Sequence record: DRR723986_585
Reading direction: 5' to 3' (one strand)
Length of the DNA: 64,000 nt
The translations under genes were made by a program, and so were the position numbers. Within the stretch, counting starts at the first letter, position 1, and each line of letters starts with the position of its first letter. Positions 40,371 through 50,642 of this stretch are shown in pieces. The notes beneath the pieces are model-generated. The model did no database searches. It saw only the letters and a program-made list of their open reading frames with translations, and was not told the DNA's origin.

Positions 40371-41325
40371 CCTTAAATAAGAAAGTTTCTATAATTGGCC
40401 AGTTAGCATACATTAGAACAAGCGGTATAGTCAAAAGCGCAATAAAAAGTATTGTCAATAGAATTTTTTGAGCACTATTTAAATCAATTTTAATCTCAGC
40501 TCTTAGCAGTTGTCGAATCTGTTCAACCAAGAGTTTTTCATTTTCCCACAACTCCATTTCATTCGGAATAATTTCTCTAATTTTTGGATTAGACTCTAAA
40601 AACACCCGCCGAATAGTCCAATATTCTTTATTCGATAATGCGTTATAAGGTTTTCGATAATCAAAATCTATCTCCTCTAAACTATCATGAATTTTTTGGT
40701 TTTTTTGAAACCCTCTTACTTTAAACGCCATGAAAAAGCCGAATAACATCAGGATGAAAAAATCAAGATAAAATCCCAGGCCTATCACTATAAATGAACT
40801 AATCAAAGTGAAATACATCTTCATTTGATCGTTGTTTGGGAAGTACAAAGCTTCAACAAAATGGCCGCCATCTAAGGGGTCTATTGGAATTAAGTTTGCC
40901 ACATTAATACATAATAATAACAATGACAATTCTAATATCAATTCATTTTCTGGATTCGATAGAAAATAAAGTAAGATGCCAATTCCTAAAACTATTCCTG
41001 GTAATGGTCCCATTAAGGAAACAATTGATTTATGTTTTTGAGAAATAGTTTTGGTTTCATTTTTAGATAATGTGCCTAAAAAAGGCACGAAAATCATATT
41101 CATTGACTGATATCCATAATACTTCATCATCAAGTAATGCCCCAATTCATGGACCAATAATATGGCTACAACTTCTATCACGAAGATGTAATTCTCAGAA
41201 AAAACAGATAAAAACAATGCAAGAAATAACACAATAGAAAGTACAAACTTACTCGACTTGGTTTTTGAGTTCTCAGCTTTTAAAACTGGCTTGGTTGGAA
41301 AAATACTTTCGTCTACTTCGTACAT
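40360..41325 (-). CDS. Site-2 protease (M50) family protein
   Basis: HELGH, MGPLPG, NLIPIDPLDGG within TM segments. Confidence 0.9.
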   Translation of the reverse strand: MYEVDESIFPTKPVLKAENSKTKSSKFVLSIVLFLALFLSVFSENYIFVIEVVAILLVHELGHYLMMKYYGYQSMNMIFVPFLGTLSKNETKTISQKHKSIVSLMGPLPGIVLGIGILLYFLSNPENELILELSLLLLCINVANLIPIDPLDGGHFVEALYFPNNDQMKMYFTLISSFIVIGLGFYLDFFILMLFGFFMAFKVRGFQKNQKIHDSLEEIDFDYRKPYNALSNKEYWTIRRVFLESNPKIREIIPNEMELWENEKLLVEQIRQLLRAEIKIDLNSAQKILLTILFIALLTIPLVLMYANWPIIETFLFKDGL

Positions 41326-41375
41326 CTAAATACAAAAATACGGAGATTTTGTGAAATCTGTTTAATTTTAACCCA

Positions 41376-42026
41376 ATGTTAGTAGCAAAAGATATTTATA
41401 AAAGTTACGGTGAGCTTCCTATATTGAAAGGAATTGATTTGGAGGTGAACAGAAAGGAAATAGCCTGTATTGTTGGTGCCTCTGGAGCTGGAAAAACCAC
41501 TCTTTTGCAAATACTTGGAACCTTAGACAAACCAGATAAAGGAACTATCCATCTTGGTGATACCAATTTAAGTGAATTATCAGGTAAAAAACTAGCCACT
41601 TTTAGAAACAAGAAACTTGGATTTATTTTTCAATTTCATCAATTGCTTCCAGAATTTACAGCAGTTGAAAATGTGATTTTACCGGCTTTACTCGGTGGAA
41701 TATCTAAATCCAACGCCATTTCAGAAGCCGAAAAATTGGTAGATTTTTTAGGATTAAAAGATCGTTTAGACCATAAACCTTCACAACTATCCGGTGGAGA
41801 ACAGCAAAGAATTGCAGTTGCTCGAGCTCTAATAAACAAACCTGAAATAATTTTTGCTGATGAGCCATCTGGAAACTTAGATTCTAAAAATTCAGGAGAA
41901 CTGCACGATCTCTTTTTTAGATTAAAGGAAGAAATGGATCAGACCTTTGTGATAGTAACTCACAATACCGAATTAGCTAAAATGGCAGATGTGAAATTTG
42001 AAATGAAAGACGGAAATTTAATTTAG
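41376..42026 (+). CDS. lolD: ABC transporter ATPase, LolD-like
   Basis: GASGAGKT, GFIFQFHQLLPEFTA, LSGGEQQR, ADEPSGNLD, VTH. Confidence 0.8.
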   Translation: MLVAKDIYKSYGELPILKGIDLEVNRKEIACIVGASGAGKTTLLQILGTLDKPDKGTIHLGDTNLSELSGKKLATFRNKKLGFIFQFHQLLPEFTAVENVILPALLGGISKSNAISEAEKLVDFLGLKDRLDHKPSQLSGGEQQRIAVARALINKPEIIFADEPSGNLDSKNSGELHDLFFRLKEEMDQTFVIVTHNTELAKMADVKFEMKDGNLI

Positions 42027-42773
42027 ATGAATTCAGATCAAATCAAGGATTATCTGGATGAGAAGGCCGATCAATACAATCAACAGAGTTTTATAGCAGA
42101 TGATCCAGTTTGCATCCCCCATCAGTTTGCTAAAAAGGAAGATATTGAAATCATTGGTTTTTTAGTGGCCACTATCGCCTGGGGAAATCGAAAATCCATC
42201 ATTAAAAATGCTAAAAAACTGGTTGAGTTAATGGAGAACCAACCTTATCAGTTTATTTTGAACTATTCTTCTTCTAATGAATTGAACTTTGTACACAGAA
42301 CATTTAATGCAGTTGATTTAGACTTCTTCTTTCGATCTCTTAGAAACCTATATGAAAATCATGGTGGCCTTGAGCACGCATTTCCTGCTGGCGGAACAAC
42401 ATTTGAAAGAATCATCTCATTTAGGAATAAGTTCACAGGAACAGAACATGAAATTCGATCCTTAAAACACCTTGCAAATCCAGCATCTGGATCTTCAGCA
42501 AAAAGAATCAACATGTTTTTACGTTGGATGATTAGGAATGATAAAAGAGGAGTAGATTTCGGGATATGGTCAAAACACGCTATGTCCGAATTGTATGTCC
42601 CGCTGGATGTGCATACTGGAATTTCAGCTAGAAAACTTGGGTTAATTAACAGAAAAGCTAATGATTGGAAAAGTTTAGAAGAACTGATGTCGCACTTAAA
42701 AACCTTCTGTCCTGAAGACCCTTGCAAGTATGATTTCGCTCTCTTCGGCCTTAGTGTAAATAAAGAAATTTAA
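42027..42773 (+). CDS. TIGR02757 (DUF2400) family protein
   Basis: FIADDP, IAWGNR, KRINMFLRWM, PLDVH, DPCKYDFALFG. Confidence 0.92.
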   Translation: MNSDQIKDYLDEKADQYNQQSFIADDPVCIPHQFAKKEDIEIIGFLVATIAWGNRKSIIKNAKKLVELMENQPYQFILNYSSSNELNFVHRTFNAVDLDFFFRSLRNLYENHGGLEHAFPAGGTTFERIISFRNKFTGTEHEIRSLKHLANPASGSSAKRINMFLRWMIRNDKRGVDFGIWSKHAMSELYVPLDVHTGISARKLGLINRKANDWKSLEELMSHLKTFCPEDPCKYDFALFGLSVNKEI

Positions 42774-42810
42774 GTGCTGAATTTCTGCCTAAAAATGCGA
42801 TATTTGTAAT

Positions 42811-44859
42811 ATGAGTTTTGTTTACCCTAATTTCTTATGGGCTTACTTCTTGATTGCAATACCAATTGTCATCCATCTCTTTAATTTTAGAAGATACAAA
42901 ACCGTTTATTTTTCAAGAGTTGCCTTTTTAAAGGAAGTTACTGAAGACTCAAAATCTGGGACTAAACTCAAGCATTTACTCATCTTATTAAGTAGAATTC
43001 TAGCCATTCTAGCGTTGGTGACTGCTTTCGCACAACCTTTCGTTCCGGTAGATGATTCTAAAACTACCAGCTCGGCAACATCAATTTATATCGACAACAG
43101 TTTTAGCATGCAAGCTGAAGGGCCGGATGGGAACCTATTGAATGAAACTAAAAATCAGGCCATTGAACTCGTTAAATCGTTTGATCCTAACGAGAAAATC
43201 AATCTACTTAGTGCAGACTTGCTTTCAAAACATCAACGGTTTTATACTAAATCTGAAGTCATTGAGATGATCAAAGAACTTGACTTCTCTTCAAAGTCAA
43301 CTAGTTTAGAGAACGCAATGAATCTCCAAATGGATTTATTGAATGGATTAGGAGAAGAAAACAACAAAAGACTCTTTATTTTTAGTGACTTTCAGAAGAA
43401 AACATCTGACCTAACAAATTGGACAAGGCCAGAGGTCAGCACCTATTATTATCAAGCTATACCCGAGCAAAAAGGAAATATTTACATTGATTCGGTATGG
43501 TTCGAGAGCCCTGTGCACAAAGCAAACACTCCGCAAATTTTAAATTTTAGAATCTATAACTTGACGGATATTGATCAGAAAGATTTACCAATAAACCTGA
43601 AAATCAATGGCAGTAATCCTGGTCCTAAAAGAGTATCCATATCAGCCAATTCTTTTGTAGACGAGCAAATAACATTCACGGATGTGACTCCTGGATTAAA
43701 GCAAGGTGAGCTTACAGTTGCAACTTCTCAACTATTCTTTGACGACTCCTATTTCTTTTCCTATGAGATAAAAGAAGAAGTGAAAATTTTGCTAATTACT
43801 AATGGTACCGGAACAAACAAAAACATAGAACAACTTTACTCATTAGACAACTATTACAATGCTACGGTAAGAACTATAAATGAAGTATCCCAAGAAGATT
43901 TTGAAGGTCAGGAATTGGTCTTATTCCAGAATGTGAATAACATTCCTTCAGGTTTAGCAGATCTTTCAGAAGGCATATTAAAAGCTGGAGGTTCAGTAGT
44001 TTTAATCCCGGGAGATGATATAGATTTAGAGAGTTGGAATAACCTCATGCTAAAGAACAACTTACCCACTTATGGCCTTTCAGATTCGATTAATGCTGCT
44101 GTGAATTATTTTAATTCAGTTGATCCACTTTATTCAGGTGTATTCGAAAGCACACCCACTAACTATCAATACCCTAAAATCTACGCAGGTTACAACTTCA
44201 ACATCAGCAGTGAGAACAATTTCATAACACTGTTTGGTACAAATGAGGTCAATCCCTACCCTTTTTTGTTTTATTCTAAAAGGTTGAACGGTAGAATTGT
44301 AGCTATGAGATCACCTTTGCTTCCTGGTTTTACCAACTTTCAAAACCATGCCTTATTTGCCGCTACTTTCCTGAGAATTGCGGAAACAGCAACTTTTGAC
44401 AAACCCTTATTTTTAGAAATCGGTGAGCTTAAAAACTTTCCAGTTAACGTTGAGTTGGATGACAAAAATCCAATCCATATGATGAATTCAACATTTGAAG
44501 TTGATGCGATACCTCAAATAATTAATGTCAATTCCACGCGCTCTATTTCTTTCAACCATTTGGAAGACATTATTAATAATGCAGGAGTTTATGAATTAAC
44601 TGACTCAAAAAATTTCAACGAAAACATAGCCATTAATTATAACCGGAACGAGTCTCTAATTGAGCCATTTACATCTATTGAAATTGAAAACATGTTCAAA
44701 GATATCGGCTGGAAAAAGGCCAAAGAATTGACTCTAAATGATTCTGGATCAATTGAAATAAAAACGTATAAAGCCAAGGAATACTGGAGAATTCTACTAA
44801 TTTTGGCTTTAGTTTTTATCGCGATTGAAATTGCATTACTAAAATTCTGGAAAAGCTAA
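42811..44859 (+). CDS. BatA N-terminal domain / vWA membrane protein
   Basis: IPIVIHLFNFRR, AFAQP, IDNSFSM, FSDFQ, C-terminal TM. Confidence 0.9.
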   Translation: MSFVYPNFLWAYFLIAIPIVIHLFNFRRYKTVYFSRVAFLKEVTEDSKSGTKLKHLLILLSRILAILALVTAFAQPFVPVDDSKTTSSATSIYIDNSFSMQAEGPDGNLLNETKNQAIELVKSFDPNEKINLLSADLLSKHQRFYTKSEVIEMIKELDFSSKSTSLENAMNLQMDLLNGLGEENNKRLFIFSDFQKKTSDLTNWTRPEVSTYYYQAIPEQKGNIYIDSVWFESPVHKANTPQILNFRIYNLTDIDQKDLPINLKINGSNPGPKRVSISANSFVDEQITFTDVTPGLKQGELTVATSQLFFDDSYFFSYEIKEEVKILLITNGTGTNKNIEQLYSLDNYYNATVRTINEVSQEDFEGQELVLFQNVNNIPSGLADLSEGILKAGGSVVLIPGDDIDLESWNNLMLKNNLPTYGLSDSINAAVNYFNSVDPLYSGVFESTPTNYQYPKIYAGYNFNISSENNFITLFGTNEVNPYPFLFYSKRLNGRIVAMRSPLLPGFTNFQNHALFAATFLRIAETATFDKPLFLEIGELKNFPVNVELDDKNPIHMMNSTFEVDAIPQIINVNSTRSISFNHLEDIINNAGVYELTDSKNFNENIAINYNRNESLIEPFTSIEIENMFKDIGWKKAKELTLNDSGSIEIKTYKAKEYWRILLILALVFIAIEIALLKFWKS

Positions 44860-44878
44860 AAACAAAAGATAAGGCATC

Positions 44879-46138
44879 ATGAAGATTTTAATTAAATCTT
44901 GTAAAATACTGGACCGAACTTCACCATTTAATGGTGTTAAAAAAGACGTTTTAGTTGAAGATGGGATCATTACTAAGATTCAGGATAATATTGATTCAGA
45001 AGTTGACCAAGAAATTTCATTCAAAGATCTACATGTGTCAGTTGGATGGTATGATGCCAACGTTAACTTCTGTGATCCAGGATTTGAAATTAAAGAAGAT
45101 GTAATTTCAGGACTTAAAGCTGCACAATCAGGAGGATTTACAGCTGTCTCTGTTCTACCAGATACGCAGCCGAGTTTGTCTAACAAGGCTCAAATCGAAT
45201 ATGTTTTAAAAAACGCAGCTTTTTCTTCTGTGGATATCCATCCCTTTGGCTCAATAACTGAAAATCTCAAAGGAGAACAATTGGCTGAGCTTTACGATAT
45301 GTCAGAATCGGGAGCAATAGCTTTTACTGATGCTAAAAAAGATGTATCATCCGGAATCCTTTACCGAGCTTTGCTCTATGCTCAGAATTTCGGGGGCAAA
45401 ATTATCAGTTTCCCTTATGACCAAAATCTATTTGGCAAAGGTCAGGTGAATGAAGGAAAAGTGAGTGTGATGACAGGATTAAAGTCCATCCCTTCATTAG
45501 CAGAGCACATTCGAGTTCAAAGAGATTTAAGTTTGCTGGCCTACACAAATGGCTCACTACATTTCACTGGAATATCAACCAAAGAAAGTGTTGATTTGAT
45601 TCGGGATGCGAAGGCAAAAGGACTCAATGTAACCGCAGATTCATATATCATCAATGTACTTTTAAATGATGAAGAGATGCTTAGCTTTAATCAAAATTTA
45701 AAAGTGTTGCCTCCATTGCGGTCAGAAGCAGATCGCCTAGCGCTGATTCAGGGGCTGAAGGATGGCACGATAGACTTCATTTGTTCAAATCACTCTCCTG
45801 AAAATATAGAGAATAAAGATTTAGAGTTTGATTTAGCCGAGTTTGGAACAATTGGATTACAGACACTGTTCGGGCTACTTTGCGAAATTTCTGATCTGAC
45901 AATTGAAGATAAAATCGAACTAATTTCTGCGAATCCACGAAAAACTTTTGGACTAAAAGAACTATCGATAAATGAAGGTGAAATGGCCAATTTAACCTTG
46001 TTTTCACCTAGTTTAGAATGGACTTTTACCGAAGATCAAATTCTTTCTAAATCTAAAAACTCTCCTTTTATAGGTAAAACCTTTAAAGGGAAAGCAGTTG
46101 GAACAATTAATAATGGCCTTTTAACTTTAGCAGATTAA
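44879..46138 (+). CDS. Dihydroorotase-like protein, probably catalytically inactive
   Basis: AAQSGGFT, KVLPPLR, SKSKNSPF fold motifs retained; metal ligands replaced (DANVN, HFTG, SNHSP). Confidence 0.85.
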   Translation: MKILIKSCKILDRTSPFNGVKKDVLVEDGIITKIQDNIDSEVDQEISFKDLHVSVGWYDANVNFCDPGFEIKEDVISGLKAAQSGGFTAVSVLPDTQPSLSNKAQIEYVLKNAAFSSVDIHPFGSITENLKGEQLAELYDMSESGAIAFTDAKKDVSSGILYRALLYAQNFGGKIISFPYDQNLFGKGQVNEGKVSVMTGLKSIPSLAEHIRVQRDLSLLAYTNGSLHFTGISTKESVDLIRDAKAKGLNVTADSYIINVLLNDEEMLSFNQNLKVLPPLRSEADRLALIQGLKDGTIDFICSNHSPENIENKDLEFDLAEFGTIGLQTLFGLLCEISDLTIEDKIELISANPRKTFGLKELSINEGEMANLTLFSPSLEWTFTEDQILSKSKNSPFIGKTFKGKAVGTINNGLLTLAD

Positions 46139-46710
46139 TGGCTGAAAAAAGACACAACAGAAGATTTTTAAGCACGTTTTTTTCTGAAAGGAAACAAGTT
46201 GGTGCAGTGGCTCCTAGCGGGAAGTTTTTAGTGAACTCAATGTGCAATAAAATTGACTTTGGAAATGCAGATATAATTTTAGAACTAGGACCTGGAACAG
46301 GTGTTTTTACTACAGAAATACTCAAACGCGCAAAGAAAGACACTAAGATAATTCTATTCGAATTGAATGAAGAGTTTTATCAATTGCTGGTGGAGAAATT
46401 TGATGATCCTAGATTAGAAATTTTGTACAGATCAGCTGATGAAATTGAAGATGTTTTGAAGGAACGAAATATCAATAAAGTTGATGCAATTTTATCTTCT
46501 TTACCGCTAACGGTTATTCCGAAAGAAATTAAAGAAAAAATAGTACAACAATCATTTAATTCACTGAAAGAAAAAGGAATTTACGTTCAGTATCAATATT
46601 CGCTCAACGCTAAAAAACTGCTTGAATCAACTTTTGGCAAATTAAAATTGGGCTTTGTTCCAATTAATGTTCCTCCGGCTTTTGTTTATTTAGCTCAAAA
46701 GAACTCCTAA
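46138..46710 (+). CDS. Class I SAM methyltransferase, phospholipid N-methyltransferase (PmtA)-like
   Basis: VGAVAPSG, LELGPGTGVFT, ILSSLP, QYQY, NVPPAFVY. Confidence 0.8.
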   Translation: MAEKRHNRRFLSTFFSERKQVGAVAPSGKFLVNSMCNKIDFGNADIILELGPGTGVFTTEILKRAKKDTKIILFELNEEFYQLLVEKFDDPRLEILYRSADEIEDVLKERNINKVDAILSSLPLTVIPKEIKEKIVQQSFNSLKEKGIYVQYQYSLNAKKLLESTFGKLKLGFVPINVPPAFVYLAQKNS

Positions 46711-47687
46711 AAATCAAAAGTTCTTGAAAATTGGGTTCCTCCCCACTCTACAATAGTGAATCCACTTCTATTGAATGAAGTTAAGCTTGGATTATTTATT
46801 TGGTAGACTGACTTTCCAACTTCATCTCCTTCAAACAATAAATAAACGCGTCTTTCATTGTCTGGTTGAGGATCAATGATTAAATCTCCAATTGCTTCGT
46901 CATAATCTTCATCCACTAAAAATTGAATTGTGGCGAAGGATTTACGTTGTACTCGAGGGCCCCAGTAGGTGATAAAATCTGTGATTTCTGTTTGGTTCAA
47001 ACCTAATTGCAAAAGACTATTTTCGAAGAAACTAATAGCTGTATCTGTTTTAATGTAAAACCCATCAATTTCTCCCTCTGAGGATTTGAAATTGAGGTTG
47101 TTTTTTTCTCCTTTCCAGAAAAGGTAGGGATACTGAATTCCATCAATATTAAAACCAGGTTCGTCTTTATCAAGATTTACCATCCAACCGTCTTGATAAG
47201 CTGGATAAGTAAAGGTCAAATCATTAGAATTCTCCAATATTAACGAAGCGCTTAGTGATGTTTCTGAATAACCGTAAATCACGGGCTTTTCTTCCATATA
47301 CATCATCCCATCAGGTAATTTCTCACTGCAAACAAAATCCATTACTACATGATGTCCTCCTTTAAAATTATAATTCCAGCATACGATTTCGACATAACTT
47401 TCATGATAGAAGAAAATAGCAGTGTCCTTTGATGAAATCGTTAATTCAAAATCTCCATTTTCATCTGTTATACAAGATACTGTTCTGTTTAAATTTGAAA
47501 TAATGCCGCCCTGAACTCCAGATTCTGAAAAGGCCTCATAGACATTTCCAGTAATTAAACATAGGTTCTCTTTGATGTCAGATTGTTTTTCATCAGATCT
47601 AACGATCCAGATATCTCTTGGGATTGATTCAGCATAAGTGAGTAGACTTGAGCTGAACAAAATTGTAAATAAGATCGATTTAATCAT
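46707..47687 (-). CDS. Exported KPVIY-domain protein, paralogue 4
   Basis: Signal peptide; KPVIYGY, TFTYP, YPYLFWKG, DFITYWGP, GFTIVEWGG. Confidence 0.85.
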   Translation of the reverse strand: MIKSILFTILFSSSLLTYAESIPRDIWIVRSDEKQSDIKENLCLITGNVYEAFSESGVQGGIISNLNRTVSCITDENGDFELTISSKDTAIFFYHESYVEIVCWNYNFKGGHHVVMDFVCSEKLPDGMMYMEEKPVIYGYSETSLSASLILENSNDLTFTYPAYQDGWMVNLDKDEPGFNIDGIQYPYLFWKGEKNNLNFKSSEGEIDGFYIKTDTAISFFENSLLQLGLNQTEITDFITYWGPRVQRKSFATIQFLVDEDYDEAIGDLIIDPQPDNERRVYLLFEGDEVGKSVYQINNPSLTSFNRSGFTIVEWGGTQFSRTFDF

Positions 47688-48646
47688 AGTTTTAATATTG
47701 TTTGATTCAATTCAGTCCCACCCCATTCAATTAGGGTAAATCCTTCTCTTTTAATTGTTTCAAATTGTTGAGGAACGCATTGAATATTTTGACGACTATC
47801 AAAAGTTTTGAATAACATATAAACTCTTTTTTGAACGTCAGGAGCTGGATTAACTTCTAAACTGCCTAAATTATCATCAACTTCATCATCCACCAAAAAC
47901 TGAATAAATGCAAAGGGTTTAGTCGTTAATTTTGGTCCCCAAAAAGTGATGAAATCTGATTTTTCTTTCTGATTGAGTCCCATTTCAGACAGACTTTTTT
48001 CTAAGTAGGCAATAACTTCGACAGCCTCTAATTCTTTACCATAGAGAACATCATCCTTATGAACAAAATCTAAGTCATTCATCTCACCCTCCCAAAACAG
48101 GTACGGATAAGTCTTCTTTGAGTTGACATCAACAATCTGATTGTCAACAATCTCAACATTCCAAGCATCATTCAATTCAGGATATGTAAAGGTTAAATCA
48201 CCTTTAAAATTAGGTTTTGCAGAAACAGAAATATCCTGTTCTGAATATAAATAGATGACCGGTTTATCAACTTCAAGCATCATTTGATCATCACCTGCAT
48301 AAAAATCAATATGTACTTCATGCCCAGATTTAAAATTGTATGACCAAATAACTTGTTCGCTAAATCCCTCTTTAAAAAAGAAGATTGCAGTATCCATTGA
48401 AGAAAGCATAAAAGAGTACTTTCCTTCATGGTTGGTCACTCCACTTCTTGACCGATCTAAATTACTTATTAATGCATTTTGAAGTACAGCTCCTCCGTTA
48501 TAAACATTCCCCTTAATTCTACAAGAACCCTTAGGAATATCTTTTGAAGGTTTATCAGAAACAACGATATAAGTGTTCTGAAGATACGATTTAGCCTGAA
48601 TTCCAGTCAGAAAGGTTGAAAAGAAAATAAATAGTACCAATTTCAT
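47684..48646 (-). CDS. Exported KPVIYLY-domain protein, paralogue 3
   Basis: ATG 48646 (ATGA overlap); KPVIYLY, YPYLFWEG, DFITFWGP, GFTLIEWGG. Confidence 0.85.
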   Translation of the reverse strand: MKLVLFIFFSTFLTGIQAKSYLQNTYIVVSDKPSKDIPKGSCRIKGNVYNGGAVLQNALISNLDRSRSGVTNHEGKYSFMLSSMDTAIFFFKEGFSEQVIWSYNFKSGHEVHIDFYAGDDQMMLEVDKPVIYLYSEQDISVSAKPNFKGDLTFTYPELNDAWNVEIVDNQIVDVNSKKTYPYLFWEGEMNDLDFVHKDDVLYGKELEAVEVIAYLEKSLSEMGLNQKEKSDFITFWGPKLTTKPFAFIQFLVDDEVDDNLGSLEVNPAPDVQKRVYMLFKTFDSRQNIQCVPQQFETIKREGFTLIEWGGTELNQTILKL

Positions 48647-49611
48647 AATGAGGTAGATTTTGAATTTAGTGGAATTATAGTTCCACCCCATTCTACAACC
48701 GTGAATCCAGAACGTTCAAAATTTATTACATTTTGTTTTTTCACCTTGATTGAATTCTCACTCAAAGGACTAGCAAGTAAATACAGACGTCTGATAGCGT
48801 CCGGTTGTGGATCTATTTTTAATTCGGCAATAGTTTCATCATATTGGTCATCTATCAACCACTGAACAAAAACAAATTTTTCATCTAAAAGCTGAGGAGC
48901 CCAAAATGTGATGAAATCACTGCGCTCTTTGAAGTTTAGGCCGTATAGAGACAGTCGATTCTCAAAATAGTTCACGAGAGAATCAGAGTCAACAACTTCT
49001 CCTAATAATTCTCCCTCTTCTTCCATATACCTTACATTTCCTTCTCCTTCCCAAAATAGATAGGGATATGCTGCACCTTCAAATTCGGGTAAATGATCGG
49101 GACCTAAAGAAACATTCCAAACATCATCTTTTTGTGGATAGGTAAAAGTCAAATCCCCATTAGGAATAATATCAACAGTGCAATCCATTTCTTCGTTGGC
49201 ATACAAATAAATCACTGGCTTTTTCATTGGCCTAATGGTATGCGCTGGTTGAAGATAAAAATCAATGACAATGTGGTGTTGAGAAATGAACTCGTAGTTT
49301 TTTATGATAAGTTCTTTTTTAGCTTGTGGATGATAACAAAAGATAAAAGTACTATCCGTTAACTTAAAGGTAATTTCATATTCTCCATTAGTCTTAGCTC
49401 GTGTTTCATCTTGACTGTTCCCATTCGAAATTAAAGCATTAGGCCTAGGCATTCCATCTAGCAAAACCTTCCCTGACACTTTAATAAATCCTTCATTTAA
49501 GGTAGAATCAAAATCATCAGATCTTACCTGATAATCTACAAATAAGCCCTCTTTGAACGAAAAACTGCAAAAGGTTGAGCAACTGACTATGAATGCAAGA
49601 AAAAAACGCAT
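48643..49611 (-). CDS. Exported KPVIYLY-domain protein, paralogue 2
   Basis: ATG 49611 (TGATG overlap); KPVIYLY, YPYLFWEG, DFITFWAP, GFTVVEWGG. Confidence 0.85.
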   Translation of the reverse strand: MRFFLAFIVSCSTFCSFSFKEGLFVDYQVRSDDFDSTLNEGFIKVSGKVLLDGMPRPNALISNGNSQDETRAKTNGEYEITFKLTDSTFIFCYHPQAKKELIIKNYEFISQHHIVIDFYLQPAHTIRPMKKPVIYLYANEEMDCTVDIIPNGDLTFTYPQKDDVWNVSLGPDHLPEFEGAAYPYLFWEGEGNVRYMEEEGELLGEVVDSDSLVNYFENRLSLYGLNFKERSDFITFWAPQLLDEKFVFVQWLIDDQYDETIAELKIDPQPDAIRRLYLLASPLSENSIKVKKQNVINFERSGFTVVEWGGTIIPLNSKSTSL

Positions 49612-50594
49612 CAATGACCGATATTGTTAAAATCAATCGTGCTCCCGCCCCACTCAACTACCGTAAATCCTTCTCGATTAAAAGAACTGAACGACTGAGG
49701 GTTTACTTCAACGCCAATTTCGTCATTTGCTAAAGTGGAACACAAAATAAATACTCTTCTCAGGTTATCAGGTTTAGGCTCAACTTGCAGTTCCGCTACT
49801 TCAGATTGGTAATTATCATCTATCAAAAACTGAATAAAAGCGAATTTATCCTGCTGTAAAATCGGCCCCCAATAAGTGATGAAATCTGTTTTTTCAATTT
49901 GATTGAATCCTAAATCATTTAAACTAGCTTCTAAAAAATCAACCGCTTTTTCTGATTCGATTAAAAAGCCATCTATGGCATTATGAGTGAACGAATAATT
50001 CAAACTTGGAGATTTTGCCTCCCAAAATAAGTACGGATACGACTTTCCATCAACCGTCATTTGATTTTGTGCGTCAATTTCAACTTCCCATTTATCCTGA
50101 TAATTGGGATAGGTAAAAGTAAAATCTCCTTTCGGATCAATCTTGACTGTTGCAGTTAATGGTTCTTCCGAATATAGATAAATAACCGGTTTTCTTTTAA
50201 TCATTTGGTTATCGGCTCTTTCTTGAACCAGATAAACATCCATCTTAATATGATGACCGCCTTTGAATTCGTAATCCTCAATCACCAATTCATTCCATCC
50301 TTTCAAATAAAAATAAACCCGTTGGTCGGTATTTTTTAAAACGATACTGAAATTTCCTTCTTGATCACTTTTAGTCCAGGTTCCAGAGGATGTGCAGCCT
50401 ACTAATACATTCTCAATTGGACTTAAACTCGAAAACATCTGGATTTTACCTTCGAGTAAATAGGTTTCTTTATCAACTGAGTCATCCTTCTCATCTGAGA
50501 TGATATTATAATATTGAGGAAGAATTCTTAATTCATCTTCTGCCATAACAAAACCGGTAAAAAGTGTAAGAAATAGGAGGAATGTTTTTTTCAT
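49611..50594 (-). CDS. Exported KPVIYLY-domain protein, paralogue 1
   Basis: ATG 50594 MKKTFLLF signal; KPVIYLY, YPYLFWEA, DFITYWGP, GFTVVEWGG. Confidence 0.85.
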   Translation of the reverse strand: MKKTFLLFLTLFTGFVMAEDELRILPQYYNIISDEKDDSVDKETYLLEGKIQMFSSLSPIENVLVGCTSSGTWTKSDQEGNFSIVLKNTDQRVYFYLKGWNELVIEDYEFKGGHHIKMDVYLVQERADNQMIKRKPVIYLYSEEPLTATVKIDPKGDFTFTYPNYQDKWEVEIDAQNQMTVDGKSYPYLFWEAKSPSLNYSFTHNAIDGFLIESEKAVDFLEASLNDLGFNQIEKTDFITYWGPILQQDKFAFIQFLIDDNYQSEVAELQVEPKPDNLRRVFILCSTLANDEIGVEVNPQSFSSFNREGFTVVEWGGSTIDFNNIGH

Positions 50595-50642
50595 GCTGCA
50601 AGTTTTCATGAGACTGTACAAGAACTAATACAAAACGTTCAA

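Noticed and set aside
46707-50594. Diversity-generating retroelement or recombination cassette array
   Set aside because: No reverse transcriptase or recombinase and no near-identical template/variable repeats; all four copies are full-length genes.
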